From Coleofasciculus chthonoplastes F2-STO-03 (lineage in GTDB: Bacteria; Cyanobacteriota; Cyanobacteriia; Cyanobacteriales; Coleofasciculaceae), in contig JAVJWO010000153.1 of the NCBI GenBank assembly GCA_040222015.1, positions 1-64,000 of the forward strand: a stretch of DNA of 64,000 bases, written 5' to 3'. The position numbers and the translations under genes are program-made. How positions within the stretch are numbered: the first letter of the stretch is position 1; each line of letters starts with the position of its first letter. The notes under the pieces are model-generated. The model was given only the letters and a program-made list of their open reading frames with translations, made no database searches and had not been told where the DNA came from. This document shows, one piece after another, positions 49,802 through 60,909 of the stretch.

Positions 49802-51871
49802 ATGGTTCAATCTATTCTCTATGTCAACCCAACAACGGGTCAGAATACGAATACCGGCTCTGCGGATGATCCCTTCCGTACCTTAACCCACGCCATCGGA
49901 CAAGCTAAGGCTGACACCATGATTCTCTTGGCATCGGGGATGTACAATGCAGCTAACGGGGAGCGATTCCCGATTGTGATTCCGTCGGGGATTATTGTTA
50001 TTGGTGACGAGTCGAGTAAAGGTAAGGATATTATCCTGGTGGGTAGTGGTGATTATAGTAGCCCCAGTTTTGGCAGTCAATCGATTACCGTTAGAGCCGA
50101 TTCTCAAGCTGAACTGCGCGGGGTGACGGTGACGAATCCTGTGGCGAAGGGAACCGGGATTTGGATTGAATCCAGCGCCCCGATTATTGCTAATACTACT
50201 TTAACCCGTTGTGGTCGTGAGGGGATTTTTGTCACGGGGACGGCAAAACCGCTGATTATGGATAATGAATTAAGCGAAAATGCCTCTAGTGGTATTTTCC
50301 TGGTGCGAAATGCCAAAGGGGAACTGCGGCGCAATCGCTGTCAACGGACGGGGTATGGGATTGCTCTGAGTGATAATGCGGCTCCGTTAATTGCTGATAA
50401 TACGTTAATTAATAATAAGGCAGGAATTGTTCTCTCTCGCCAAGCTAAACCCGTTCTGCGCCGTAACCGGATTGAAAAAAATACCAATGGCGGGCTAATT
50501 GTCAATGGGTCTGCCCAACCCAATTTAGGCAGTCGCCAAGACCCAGCCGGGAATATCTTACAAGATAATGGGGATGTTGATTTACAAAATAGTACGTCAT
50601 TGACCTTGGTTTCTGTGGGCAACTGGTTAAATCCTGCCCGTATTTCTGGTGCCGTTACCTTGAGTTCGGCAGAGGTTCCCGCATCAGCCCTGGGTCCGAT
50701 TCAGTTTAGTGATTTGGGCAATCATTGGGCAAGTCGGTTTATTCAGGAATTAGTTAAACGGGAGTTAATTAGTGGTTTTCCCGATGGCACATTTAAGCCA
50801 GAAGCGAATATTACCCGCGCCCAGTATGCGGCGATTATTGCCCAAACCTTTAATTTACCCCGCCAAGTGGGGGCGACATCGGGATCATTTCGCGATGTGG
50901 CGGAGAATTTTTGGGCGGCGGCGGCGATTCGTAAGGCGGCGAGTATGGGATTTATCTCTGGATTTCCTGATGGCACCTTTCGCCCCCAACAAAATCTGAC
51001 CCGAACCCAGGCGCTGGTTTCGGTGGTGAATGGGTTGGGATTAGGGAGTGGGAATGGCAACCTACTTTTGTTTTACCGCGATCGCGCCCAGATTCCCAGC
51101 TATGCTACAGATGCTATTGCTACGGCGACACAACGGCAATTGGTGGTGAATTATCCCCGCCCTCAAGAACTTGCCCCTATGCAACCGATTAGCCGCGCCG
51201 AAGTCGCTGCCTTAATTTATCAGGCGTTAGTTTCAACTGGCGAAGCCTCGGCTATCTCATCCCCTTATATTGTTAACCCGGAGGGGTATGTTCCCTCGTT
51301 TACCGATATTCAAAATCATTGGGCGGCTGATTTTATTCGCCCTCTCGCCGGATTAAACTTAATTAGCGGCTTTGCCGATGGTAGCTTTAAACCGGATGCC
51401 CCCTTAAATCGGGCGCAATATGCGGCGTTAGTGGTGAAAGTCTTTAATCCCACACCCATCCGCCCCGCCACTCAATTTAGCGATGTTCCCGCCAACTTCT
51501 GGGCGTCAGCCGTAATTAGCCAAGCCTATCGCGGTGGCTTCCTTTCCGGCTTCCCCGACCAAACCTTTCACCCTCAACAAAGTTTACGGCGGGTTGAGTT
51601 GATTGTCTCCTTAGTCCAAGGGCTTTCTTTACCGGAGGCAGAGGAAAACCCCTTGGAAATTTATCAGGATCAAGATAATATTCCCATTTACGCCCAATCT
51701 GCTGTAGCCGCAGCTACTCAAGCCGGGATTATCGTCAATTATCCCAAACCCACCTGGTTAAACCCGAAAAAAGCCGCTACCCGCGCCGATGCCACGGCGT
51801 TTCTGTATCAAGCCTTAGTGCAACAAGGGCGTGTCAATGCTATCAATTCCCCGTATATTGTTCAAGAATGA
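49802..51871 (+). CDS. DUF1565/right-handed beta-helix protein with S-layer homology repeats
   Basis: LYVNP..G...G...PFRTLTHA; beta-helix repeats; ISGFPDGTFKP...TRAQ SLH motifs in two triads. Confidence 0.92.
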   Translation: MVQSILYVNPTTGQNTNTGSADDPFRTLTHAIGQAKADTMILLASGMYNAANGERFPIVIPSGIIVIGDESSKGKDIILVGSGDYSSPSFGSQSITVRADSQAELRGVTVTNPVAKGTGIWIESSAPIIANTTLTRCGREGIFVTGTAKPLIMDNELSENASSGIFLVRNAKGELRRNRCQRTGYGIALSDNAAPLIADNTLINNKAGIVLSRQAKPVLRRNRIEKNTNGGLIVNGSAQPNLGSRQDPAGNILQDNGDVDLQNSTSLTLVSVGNWLNPARISGAVTLSSAEVPASALGPIQFSDLGNHWASRFIQELVKRELISGFPDGTFKPEANITRAQYAAIIAQTFNLPRQVGATSGSFRDVAENFWAAAAIRKAASMGFISGFPDGTFRPQQNLTRTQALVSVVNGLGLGSGNGNLLLFYRDRAQIPSYATDAIATATQRQLVVNYPRPQELAPMQPISRAEVAALIYQALVSTGEASAISSPYIVNPEGYVPSFTDIQNHWAADFIRPLAGLNLISGFADGSFKPDAPLNRAQYAALVVKVFNPTPIRPATQFSDVPANFWASAVISQAYRGGFLSGFPDQTFHPQQSLRRVELIVSLVQGLSLPEAEENPLEIYQDQDNIPIYAQSAVAAATQAGIIVNYPKPTWLNPKKAATRADATAFLYQALVQQGRVNAINSPYIVQE

Positions 51872-51978
51872 GGGAGCTGGGGAAGCTGGGGAAGCTGGGG
51901 AAGCTGGGGAAGCTGGGGAGCAAATAACCAATGACAAATAATCAATGACAAATGACAAATGACCAATGACAAATAACG
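51872..51978. repeat. 9-bp (GGGGAAGCT) and heptamer (AATGACA-like) tandem repeats
   Basis: Direct reading; STRR-type heptamers also at about 12010, 14367, 36005 and 54078. Confidence 0.85.
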
Positions 51979-51979
51979 A

Positions 51980-52627
51980 ATGACCAATGAGATAGATTCA
52001 GCCATTATCTATGCCGTGGAGTTACTCAGTCACTATGGATTTGAACTGAGGGGGTATTCTGCGGCAGAATTAGTTGAGTTTTGGTTGGAAGACTATCCCG
52101 CCCAGTGGATTCGTTTGGCGGTCATTGAAGCCTTGTATCAGGGACGGTATAAGGCGATTTCGGTTGAACAAATTTTAGCCGTTTGGGGGCGACGAGAACA
52201 GCCTATCTATCGCTTTAATCATGAGTTTGAACGGTTGATTTGTCGCAAACTGCCGCAAGATTTGAACGCCCCCGTTGATACGACGTCCGAATCGATGTCC
52301 TTAATGGGGAGTTTCCCGGATATGTTTGAGTCAAGTTCTACGGTTGCGGTGGCGGAGTCAGAGGAATTTGTTGTTACTGAATCGGTGACAGAATCCATTG
52401 AAGCCTTACCGCAAACGCCCGCCCAGCCTGAACCAGAAACGGAACGGGTTAGGGAACGCGATCGCACACCTCCAGACCTACCTTCTCCCGATCATACCAG
52501 TCTTCCTGATCCAGTGGATGGGTCTCGTCGCGAAGCTAGTCACCACCCCATTGATCAATTTACGCCACCGCCTGATGATTCGGACTTTTATCTGAAACTC
52601 AAACAAGTCGCCCAACCGCTAGTGTAG
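51980..52627 (+). CDS. Conserved cyanobacterial hypothetical protein
   Basis: WIRLAVIEALYQGRYKAISVEQIL..W.RR...F.HEFERLIC; PIDQFTP...FYLKLK tail. Confidence 0.85.
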   Translation: MTNEIDSAIIYAVELLSHYGFELRGYSAAELVEFWLEDYPAQWIRLAVIEALYQGRYKAISVEQILAVWGRREQPIYRFNHEFERLICRKLPQDLNAPVDTTSESMSLMGSFPDMFESSSTVAVAESEEFVVTESVTESIEALPQTPAQPEPETERVRERDRTPPDLPSPDHTSLPDPVDGSRREASHHPIDQFTPPPDDSDFYLKLKQVAQPLV

Positions 52628-52721
52628 CGCTGCGGAAATACTTGAGCAGCTTTGTCGATACGATGAAGCTGGGGGAGCTGGCGAAGATATTAGCGGTTGG
52701 CGTTATTTCTGCCTTCTTGCA
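52623..52721. mobile_element. CTAG-flanked MITE (inverted sister of 12078-12184)
   Basis: CTAG at 52619-52622 and 52722-52725; internal sequence matches the 12078-12184 copy. Confidence 0.8.
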
Positions 52722-52844
52722 CTAGAGTGTCAATCATCATAAGTCATAATCAAGGAACAACATTTATTGTCACAATTCCATTAACTATTCTGCCTTACTC
52801 TCCGATAAAATATCAAGATAGCCGAGGGTGAGAGATAATGACCA

Positions 52845-53789
52845 ATGAAACAATTTTTTCCAGAAAAATTTCTAATTTTGATTGTTGATGATAATCCCAA
52901 TAATTTACAAATTCTTCATGTCATTTTAGAAGCCGAAGGCTACAAAACAATTGTTGTCAGCAACGGACAGGATGCGATTGAGCGTGTAAGCATTGATAAG
53001 CCTGACTTAATTATTATGGCTTTAACCATGCCCAAAATGAGTGGATTAGAGTTGTGCGACTATCTTAAGTCTCCACCTCCCCTAACAACAAGTCCAATTA
53101 TCCTGATGCGGACGATTCGTGAACAAGAGTATTTAATTGAAGCATTTGAGAAGGGCGCAGCCGATACAATTACTCACCCCTTTAATCCAGCAGAAATTAT
53201 TGCCCGTGTCCGAACCCATTTAGAATTGAAGCAGACTCAAAAGCAATTGAATCGATTGGTTAAAGAACACGACAAATTAACGAATTTGTTGAGAAAATTA
53301 GCGATTACTGATCCCCTGACTGGACTCTGGAATCGCCGCCATTTTTTAACGGTTGGCTATCAAGAATTTAATCGAGCTTCTCGTTACAAACGTTTCATGT
53401 CTATCCTAATGATTGACATTGACAACTTTAAGCAAATCAATGATGAGTATGGGCATACGATGGGAGATGAAGTGCTTAAGGGTGTGGCAAAAAGCATCGT
53501 TGGTTCATTGCGTGAGGCAGATTATTGTGGACGATTTAGCGGTGAAGAGTTTGTCACATTACTTCCCGAAACTGATAGTACTGGGGCGGTGCGTGTGGCT
53601 GAACGTTTGAGAAAGCGGATGGAACAAATTACCATAGGGATTGGCGATAAACAGGTACAAATGACGGTAACAGTTGGTGTGGCTAGTTATCAATTAGACG
53701 ATGCCAACATCGAGGTAATTATTCAACGAGCGAATAAAGCACTCTATCACGCCAAAAGTCAGGGATACAATCGGGTTGTATTGCATTAG
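52845..53789 (+). CDS. Receiver + GGDEF domain protein (degenerate motifs)
   Basis: ILIVDD...PDLIIMALTMP; TDPLTGLWNRR; DIDNFKQIND.YGH..GD; RFSGEEF. Confidence 0.9.
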   Translation: MKQFFPEKFLILIVDDNPNNLQILHVILEAEGYKTIVVSNGQDAIERVSIDKPDLIIMALTMPKMSGLELCDYLKSPPPLTTSPIILMRTIREQEYLIEAFEKGAADTITHPFNPAEIIARVRTHLELKQTQKQLNRLVKEHDKLTNLLRKLAITDPLTGLWNRRHFLTVGYQEFNRASRYKRFMSILMIDIDNFKQINDEYGHTMGDEVLKGVAKSIVGSLREADYCGRFSGEEFVTLLPETDSTGAVRVAERLRKRMEQITIGIGDKQVQMTVTVGVASYQLDDANIEVIIQRANKALYHAKSQGYNRVVLH

Positions 53790-53820
53790 GTATCCCTGAA
53801 TCGCATATCATGATTATCTG

Positions 53821-54075
53821 ACACCGCCACATTTGACAGGGCGAGTCGAAATAGGTTAATCCTCACACCATCATATTTGACAGGGCGAGTCGAAATAGGT
53901 TAATCCTCACACCATCATATTTGACAGGGCGAGTCGAAATAGGTTAATCCTCACACCATCATATTTGAAAGGGCGAGTCGAGATAGGTTAATCCTGACAC
54001 CATCATATTTGACAGGGCGAGTCGAGATAGGTTAATCCTCACACCATCATATTTGTGCGGCGACTCGCCCCTACA
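53821..54075. repeat. 44-bp tandem array (5 copies plus closing inverted arm)
   Basis: Unit ACACCATCATATTTGACAGGGCGAGTCGARATAGGTTAATCCTC at 53821, 53865, 53909, 53953 and 53997, then CGACTCGCCCCTACA. Confidence 0.92.
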
Positions 54076-54301
54076 GACGACAACCGACAACCGACAACCG
54101 ACAACCGATAACCAAACCGCGATAATTTCTATCCCATCAATTTAATCAGTATTCATGGAACTGTAGGGGCGACCCGCTGCAAAAAATAACAGAACCAATC
54201 CATAAATCTTATCGGGTCGCCCTGTATCAGGTATCGCCAATTAAAATAAAAATCGTCATGAACCATCACCCAAAATCAAGCCATTAATTGTATTGGCGTC
54301 A

Positions 54302-54453
54302 CCCTGAATCACATATCATTAATTATCTGACACCATCATATTTGGCAGGGCGAGTCGAGATAGGTTAATCTTCACATCATCATATTTGTGCGGCGACTCG
54401 CCCCTACAGACGACAAACGATAACCGACAACCGATAACCAATAACCGATAACC
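54302..54453. repeat. Single-unit copy of the same hairpin element plus GAYAACC heptamers
   Basis: Repeats the leader, one 44-bp unit, the inverted arm and the heptamer tail of about 53794-54113. Confidence 0.85.
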
Positions 54454-54622
54454 CTGGATTGATATGCACCCCAGATTGAGGTTTTTTTTCTCATTCCTAC
54501 GGATACAATATCAATGAAAGCTGAAAATTGGTTTCAGTTGCAGATTGTCTCAGTTGCCCCTCTTATTGCCCAAATGATCAGAAAGGATGAATAATGTTAC
54601 CCTACCAAATCCACTTTTGATA

Positions 54623-57124
54623 TCATTTTCTCCTACCCAGCAGCCAATAGGTAATCATATCACCTTTCCCCTTAACTTTGATGGCACCTCGCTGTTCAAA
54701 GATAAACTGGTGCTGTAACTGTTGGTATGTAGCAGCGGTGACTTGAATTTTACCCGGTTCTCCTGATGATTCCATGCGAGAGGCGACATTAACCGCATCT
54801 CCCCATAAATCATAGATAAATTTTTTCCGACCAATCACACCAGCCACAACTGATCCGGTGTTAATCCCAATGCGAATTTCAAACGACTCCCCCTGTTGCA
54901 CTTGGAACTCATGAATCGCTTGTTGCATATCCAACGCCATCTGCGCGATCGCTGTGGCATGATCGTCTCTAGGACTGGGTAAACCGCCAACAACCATATA
55001 AGCATCACCAATGGTTTTAATCTTCTCCAATCCATAGTGATCTGCAAGTTGGTCAAATGTGGAAAAGATTTGATTAAGCATATTCACCAGTTCAATCGGT
55101 TGCAGACGTGCCGATAACGGCGTAAACCCGACAATATCGGCAAAAAGAATCGTCACCTGATCAAAATGTTCAGCAATCGCCCGTTGATCCTGTTTAAGAC
55201 GATGGGCAATCAGTTGGGGTAAGATATTCAGTAATAACTGCTCTGACTTGTCTTGCTCTAACTGTAATGCCGCTTCTGCCTGTTTGCGATCAGTAATATC
55301 ACGCGCTACCCAGATAACCGATTGTTCAGACATCGCCGAAATACTGGCGGCAAACCACACCGTATTTTTCCCACTTTCTAGACTGTAATCAAAATAGATC
55401 GTTTGCTGAGTCGTTAACACCTGTTGAATTTTTTTAAGCCAATTTTGTGCTATTTCTTCTTGAAATAAATATTCAATAGTTTGGCTAATTGGGTCAATAT
55501 AAAAGTCATAGAATCGCGTAGGATTGGTCGGCGCGATTTCGATATTCGCTATTGTACTATCTTGAACATCAATAATTAGCACAACAGCGTTCATAGCCTC
55601 AAAAAATAGGCGCATTTTGCTTTCTGAGGTTCGCAGTTTATGTTCGAGTAATTTACTTTCACTGATATCTCGGGCTGCCCAAATCACGCTATCATTAGAA
55701 AGTGGTGATAAATTAGCCGCAAACCAAATATCTCGTCCGGCAACCGTCAACTGATACTCAATACTCACGGTTTGCTGAGTTAAAAGAGCTTCTTGGACGG
55801 CTTGGAGAATAAAATCGGCTTGCTCGGCTGGGAAATGTTCGTGTAAGGTTTTACCCACGATTTCGGCTGAAGGTTTGTAGTCACTCAGAGGATTAGTGGG
55901 GGCAATTTTTAGGCATCGTCCTGAGGCATCAATCACCAGCACCACATCCGTCATCGCGGCGAAAATCGCTTGCATCTCTGTGACCGCTTTCTTCTGCTGC
56001 ATCACACTACCTAACTGATGAGAAATAACCGTGACGAGCTCAAAGAAATGATGATCGGGTGGGTATTTTTTTGCCATAAAAAACACCAGCACAGCTAAGA
56101 CTGAAACGGGTTCTTGAGCAGCGGTTGGTGTCACTATAGGGACAGCAAATGCTGAGTTAAATCCGCATTGAACCGCGAGTTCTAATCTCAGAAAAATGTC
56201 ATCTGGAAACGTCGCTAAATCATCAACCCACTCCGGCTGAATTTGATGCCATACTCGTCCAGGTAGTTCTTCATTCGGTAAGATGGTTAAGGCAGCACTG
56301 TACTCTCGAAATTGGTCGAATCTTGCGGCGTCTGGAGAATCGATATCTGTACATTTACCATACCAATTATGGCTACATTCTAATGCCATACCATCCGTCG
56401 CGGGAATCCACACTTCGCCATAACTCCAGCCTGTAATTTCGCAGACTTGATGTAAGGCGATGTCCAATGCCGTCTGAAAATCCGTCGCACTACTAATGGC
56501 TTGACTCATTTTAGCTAGACGTGTTACTTGTTCCTCAGCATGCTTGCGTTCAGTGATGTCGTTAATGATACTGAGTAAGCAGTATTGTCCACTAAAGTTA
56601 ATAATATTTGCTGATAATAACCCCGTTTTTATCTGTCCTGACTTGAGACGAAAATCAAATTCATAATTGTGAATGGTTCCCTGAGTTTGTAATTGCTGGA
56701 TAAAGCGAGTACGATCCTCTGGATGTAGCCAAAACTTTAATTCGACTGTGCTTGTGCCAATCAGTTCGTCTTTTTGATACCCTACCAGGTTAAGTAACCG
56801 ATCATTGACCGCCAACAAGCGTCCATCCGCTAGGGTGCTGATTGCCATGGCGTTGGGAGACAAGCGGAAGGCGAGGGCAAATTGAGCTTCGCCTAAGCCT
56901 CCTGTGGCGCTTGGGGGTTGGATGGGCTGGTCTAATTCCTCGTTCCTGGGTTCCAAAATGGTCAAAGAAGAATGTAACAACAGGGCAAGGGGTTCAGGGA
57001 AAAGTTTTATTATATCGCTATTTACCGGAATCGGATCAGGGGCTTTGATGTTTGGATTCAATTCCCTGGATGGGCTGGTAATGGAGGTTTGATTCCTCAT
57101 CCCGTTAGAGTTCATTGTTAGCAC
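54623..57124 (-). CDS. Class III adenylate cyclase with PAS-GAF-PAS-PAS sensors
   Basis: VTILFADIVGFT; EKIKTIGDAYM; YDLWGDAVNVASRMES (Lys/Asp imply ATP specificity); DITERK/DITDRK PAS ends. Confidence 0.92.
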   Translation of the reverse strand: MLTMNSNGMRNQTSITSPSRELNPNIKAPDPIPVNSDIIKLFPEPLALLLHSSLTILEPRNEELDQPIQPPSATGGLGEAQFALAFRLSPNAMAISTLADGRLLAVNDRLLNLVGYQKDELIGTSTVELKFWLHPEDRTRFIQQLQTQGTIHNYEFDFRLKSGQIKTGLLSANIINFSGQYCLLSIINDITERKHAEEQVTRLAKMSQAISSATDFQTALDIALHQVCEITGWSYGEVWIPATDGMALECSHNWYGKCTDIDSPDAARFDQFREYSAALTILPNEELPGRVWHQIQPEWVDDLATFPDDIFLRLELAVQCGFNSAFAVPIVTPTAAQEPVSVLAVLVFFMAKKYPPDHHFFELVTVISHQLGSVMQQKKAVTEMQAIFAAMTDVVLVIDASGRCLKIAPTNPLSDYKPSAEIVGKTLHEHFPAEQADFILQAVQEALLTQQTVSIEYQLTVAGRDIWFAANLSPLSNDSVIWAARDISESKLLEHKLRTSESKMRLFFEAMNAVVLIIDVQDSTIANIEIAPTNPTRFYDFYIDPISQTIEYLFQEEIAQNWLKKIQQVLTTQQTIYFDYSLESGKNTVWFAASISAMSEQSVIWVARDITDRKQAEAALQLEQDKSEQLLLNILPQLIAHRLKQDQRAIAEHFDQVTILFADIVGFTPLSARLQPIELVNMLNQIFSTFDQLADHYGLEKIKTIGDAYMVVGGLPSPRDDHATAIAQMALDMQQAIHEFQVQQGESFEIRIGINTGSVVAGVIGRKKFIYDLWGDAVNVASRMESSGEPGKIQVTAATYQQLQHQFIFEQRGAIKVKGKGDMITYWLLGRRK

Positions 57125-57254
57125 CGTGGCAACATGTATGATGATTCTTCTCTATTTTTCCTTGATGAATGTGAAAAAAAGTCAACCTCAATTAAAAATT
57201 TAAAGGCTAAAGCCTTTACTACGAAACCACTTAATTCGAGTAACTTAAGGCAAC

Positions 57255-58637
57255 CTACTTGCCAATACAAAAGCGACTAAAAATCCGGTCAAGCACGGAT
57301 TCCGTTACCTCTTCTCCAGTAATTTCACCTAAGGCTTGAATCGCGCCACGTAAATCAATTGTCCAAAAATCTAAGGGTAACTGCTGGGTAATGGTTTCTT
57401 GTACCTGTTCCAGCGCTATCTTGGCTTGGGTTAAGGCGGCGGCTTGCCGCTGGTTAATGGCTAAATCTAAGTCAGCGGCGTGTAGGGTTCCCGTTTGTAC
57501 CGCCTCAAGAATCTCTTGTTCTAATGCCTCAATGCCTTCATTTTTGGTAATGGCGGCTGTAATTACTCGGTCAATACTATCCGGATAGGAGACAGAATCG
57601 GCAGGGGCGAGATCGGTTTTATTAATGACTAAAATTAGGGGACGGTGTTTGACTTGGGTATAAATTTCTTGGTCGTCTGCACTCCATCCCTCTGTGGCTT
57701 CAATCACCAATACAATTAAATCAGCCGCCTCCGCCGCACGGCGCGATCGCTCAACGCCAATTTTCTCGACTTGATCCACGGTTTCCCGGATTCCGGCGGT
57801 ATCTAGCACCTGTATGGGGATGCCACCGACGACTAACTGCGACTCTACCACATCACGAGTTGTACCGGGTAAATCAGTAACGATCGCGCGATCGCTACGA
57901 CTCCAGGCGTTCAATAAGCTGGATTTGCCCACATTCGGACGCCCGACTATGGCGACGTTTAAGCCGGTTCGCAATAATTGACCGCGATCGGCGGTGGCGA
58001 GAATTTGCTTAATATCGGTTAATATTTGTTGAAGTTGGGCAATGATTCCGGCTTCATCTAAGGGGGGTAAATCCTCCTCAAAATCGATTCGGGCTTCAAT
58101 TTCTGCCAAACTATCTAAACACGTCGCCCGGAGTTCGCGAATCGGTACAGCCAGTTTCCCTTGTATTCCCGCTAATGCAGCTTGGGCGGCGGCGGGGGAA
58201 CGAGAACCCACTAAGTCAGCGATACTTTCGGCTTGGGTTAAATCTAACCGCCCGTTCAAAAATGCTCGCAGGGTAAATTCTCCCGGTTGGGCTAATCGTG
58301 CGCCTAATTCTAGGCATAATTGCAACACCTGCTGCACAGGCATAATCCCGCCGTGACAATGGAACTCCACGACATCTTCACGAGTATAAGAGCGAGGGGA
58401 TTGCATAATGAGGAGTAGGGCTTCATCCACAATCTGTTGGGTTTGAGGATGACGCACATACCCATAGAGAATGCGGTGAGTCTGCCACAGTTGACGCCCT
58501 GGTGCGTGGAAGAGTTGACGGGCGATTTCTAAGGCATTTTCACCCGACACCCGCACAATCCCCACACTCCCTTGTTGGGGAACTACAGCCGTTGCGATCG
58601 CGGCTATTGTTTCACCTTGGACAAACTGTTCAGACAT
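57255..58637 (-). CDS. mnmE: tRNA modification GTPase MnmE
   Basis: [34 protein letters not shown]. Confidence 0.97.
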   Translation of the reverse strand: MSEQFVQGETIAAIATAVVPQQGSVGIVRVSGENALEIARQLFHAPGRQLWQTHRILYGYVRHPQTQQIVDEALLLIMQSPRSYTREDVVEFHCHGGIMPVQQVLQLCLELGARLAQPGEFTLRAFLNGRLDLTQAESIADLVGSRSPAAAQAALAGIQGKLAVPIRELRATCLDSLAEIEARIDFEEDLPPLDEAGIIAQLQQILTDIKQILATADRGQLLRTGLNVAIVGRPNVGKSSLLNAWSRSDRAIVTDLPGTTRDVVESQLVVGGIPIQVLDTAGIRETVDQVEKIGVERSRRAAEAADLIVLVIEATEGWSADDQEIYTQVKHRPLILVINKTDLAPADSVSYPDSIDRVITAAITKNEGIEALEQEILEAVQTGTLHAADLDLAINQRQAAALTQAKIALEQVQETITQQLPLDFWTIDLRGAIQALGEITGEEVTESVLDRIFSRFCIGK

Positions 58638-58724
58638 CGCTTGCTTACCCTACCCTCATCTCCTCGTCAGGGATGCGATCGCGTAAAATAGTCTTTAACT
58701 CTATCAATTCTTTTATATCTTGCT

Positions 58725-59303
58725 ATGACAGCCGTTACGATTAACTTCAACCCAATTTTTCAACTGACTCAAGAGCAATTTTATCATCTTTGCCGAATCA
58801 ATCCCGATGTAAAATTTGAACGTAATGCGAAAGGAGAATTAATCATCGTGTCCCCCACAGGCGGAGAAACGGGAAAACGCAATGCCAAGCTAACCACTCG
58901 ATTTTGTTTGTGGAATGAGCAAACGAACCTGGGAGAAGTTTTCGACTCTTCCACCTGTTTTCATCTACCCAATGGGGCGAACCGTTCTCCCGATGTGGCT
59001 TGGATTCAACGTGAACGATGGGATTCACTGACAGAGGAACAGAAAGAAAAGTTTCCACCCATTGCCCCGGATTTTGTTTTGGAGTTAATGTCACCCAGCG
59101 ATACGTTATCAGAAACCCAAGCTAAAATGCAGGAATACATGAATAATCAAGTCAGACTGGGTTGGTTACTCTATCGACCAACTCGTCGGGTTGAAATTTA
59201 TCGCCAAGGACAAACGGTAGAAATACTGGAAAATCCGACCCAGTTATCTGGAGAAGATGTTTTACCCGGTTTTATTTTAGATTTACAAATTGTTTGGAAT
59301 TGA
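58725..59303 (+). CDS. Uma2 family endonuclease
   Basis: FERNAKGELII; RSPDVAWI; APDFVLELMSPSD; LSGEDVLPGF. Confidence 0.93.
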   Translation: MTAVTINFNPIFQLTQEQFYHLCRINPDVKFERNAKGELIIVSPTGGETGKRNAKLTTRFCLWNEQTNLGEVFDSSTCFHLPNGANRSPDVAWIQRERWDSLTEEQKEKFPPIAPDFVLELMSPSDTLSETQAKMQEYMNNQVRLGWLLYRPTRRVEIYRQGQTVEILENPTQLSGEDVLPGFILDLQIVWN

Positions 59304-59337
59304 ATCCTTATCTAATTAGGGTTATTGATAGAAGGTT

Positions 59338-59368
59338 TGTAGGGGCACGGCAATGCCGTGCCCCTACA
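59338..59368. repeat. GTAG palindrome between convergent genes
   Basis: TGTAGGGGCACGGCAATGCCGTGCCCCTACA. Confidence 0.85.
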
Positions 59369-59394
59369 GGTGGTGTGACTCAGCTCGCATCCGA

Positions 59395-60687
59395 TTACAG
59401 TGTCAACGATTGCGGATTTGTTTCAATCAACTTCGCCAAATCTTGCAGGAAAGCTGCTGCATCAGCACCGTAAACAATCCGGTGATCACAGGTCATATTC
59501 ACCTGCATCTGATTCCGTACACCCATCATGCCATCCGTTGTCGCCACAACTTGCGGACGTGATGCGCCAATGGCTAGGATTGCCCCTTGTCCCGGCGGTA
59601 AAATCGCATCAAAACGGTCAACACCGTACATCCCTAAATTCGAGATGGTAAACGTACCGGAACTATATTCCTCCGGTTGCAACTGCTTGCGTCGGGAGCG
59701 TTCTACCAACCCTTTCCAGGTGCGAGATAAGGAATAAATATCCACCTCATCGGCTTTTTGTAACGTCGGTGTAATCAGTCCTCCATCTGCCATAGCCACA
59801 GCGACAGCCACATTGATGCCAGCGTGATACTGAATCCCCTTTTCCGTATAACAAGCATTGATCGTGGGATGTTGTTTTAATGTCACAGCGACGGCTTTCG
59901 CTAATAGGGCGGTCATGGTTACGCCCTTAGGCTTAATTTGTTTATACAGCTTATCCAATTCATTGGTAGTGATAGTATACCCTACCCGGAAAGCTGGCAC
60001 CTGAAGACTCGCCACCATATTCCGCACCACGGCATTTTGCAGGGTGTTGAACGGAACCACTTCACCGAGGGGGACAGAAATCGGTGTCGTGGGTGTCGCC
60101 ATCGGTTGAGCCGCAGGCTGAGATGGTGAGTGTTGCGGTGCGGCGCTGGGTTCGGGTTGGGGAGTTTTGCCAGCAGCGGCTTCCACATCTTCTGCCACAA
60201 TGCGTCCGTGAGGACCACTACCCGTCAACGTATCAAGTTCAACCTTCAACTCCCTGGCTAATTTCTTAGCCCTAGGAGAGGCGACAGTGCGTCCATTACG
60301 GCGACTGGGGGTATCTTGCGCTTGGGGAGCGGCTGAGACAGTAGCAGGTTCAGGTTCAGGTTTTGGCGTTTGATCAGGTGGAGTACTGGCTGGGGCTGAG
60401 GCGGAACTGGATTGGGAGGCTTGTTGTTTAGCCGTCTCAATTTCGTCAGGAGTTTCGGCTAGTAGGGCAATTGCCTCCCCGACAGGTACGGTTTGACCTG
60501 CGGGTACAGTAATGACGGCTAGATAGCCTTCATAGAACGACTCCACATCCATATCCGCCTTGTCAGACTCAACCACTACCACGGTTTCGCCTTTCTCTAT
60601 TTTGTCCCCTGGGGATTTCACCCAAGAGACAATTTTGCCTTCGGTCATGGTGGAGCTAAGGGCGGGCATGAAAACTTCGTGGATCAT
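59395..60687 (-). CDS. pdhC: Pyruvate dehydrogenase E2, dihydrolipoamide acetyltransferase
   Basis: MPALSSTMTEG; lipoyl ESDKADM; ASPRAKKLA; DHRIVYGADAA. Confidence 0.96.
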   Translation of the reverse strand: MIHEVFMPALSSTMTEGKIVSWVKSPGDKIEKGETVVVVESDKADMDVESFYEGYLAVITVPAGQTVPVGEAIALLAETPDEIETAKQQASQSSSASAPASTPPDQTPKPEPEPATVSAAPQAQDTPSRRNGRTVASPRAKKLARELKVELDTLTGSGPHGRIVAEDVEAAAGKTPQPEPSAAPQHSPSQPAAQPMATPTTPISVPLGEVVPFNTLQNAVVRNMVASLQVPAFRVGYTITTNELDKLYKQIKPKGVTMTALLAKAVAVTLKQHPTINACYTEKGIQYHAGINVAVAVAMADGGLITPTLQKADEVDIYSLSRTWKGLVERSRRKQLQPEEYSSGTFTISNLGMYGVDRFDAILPPGQGAILAIGASRPQVVATTDGMMGVRNQMQVNMTCDHRIVYGADAAAFLQDLAKLIETNPQSLTL

Positions 60688-60909
60688 GAGGTGGTATTCC
60701 CAATGAACTAGGCGTTAAATAACAATAGCATTTGCCAGATCGCATTTTAGCGTGATGACGGGTTCTCAAACTATAAAGGTCGAAAATAGGGAACAGGGAA
60801 TGGGGAACTCTTAACAGGGAACAGGAAACAGGGATTACCCACCCGCCCCTAAATCTGGGTGCTTCTCCATACCAACCTACAATAGAATTAGCCGCTTACT
60901 AGAAAGCTG

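Noticed and set aside
53821..54075. CRISPR array
   Set aside because: Units are contiguous with no unique spacers; no cas genes nearby
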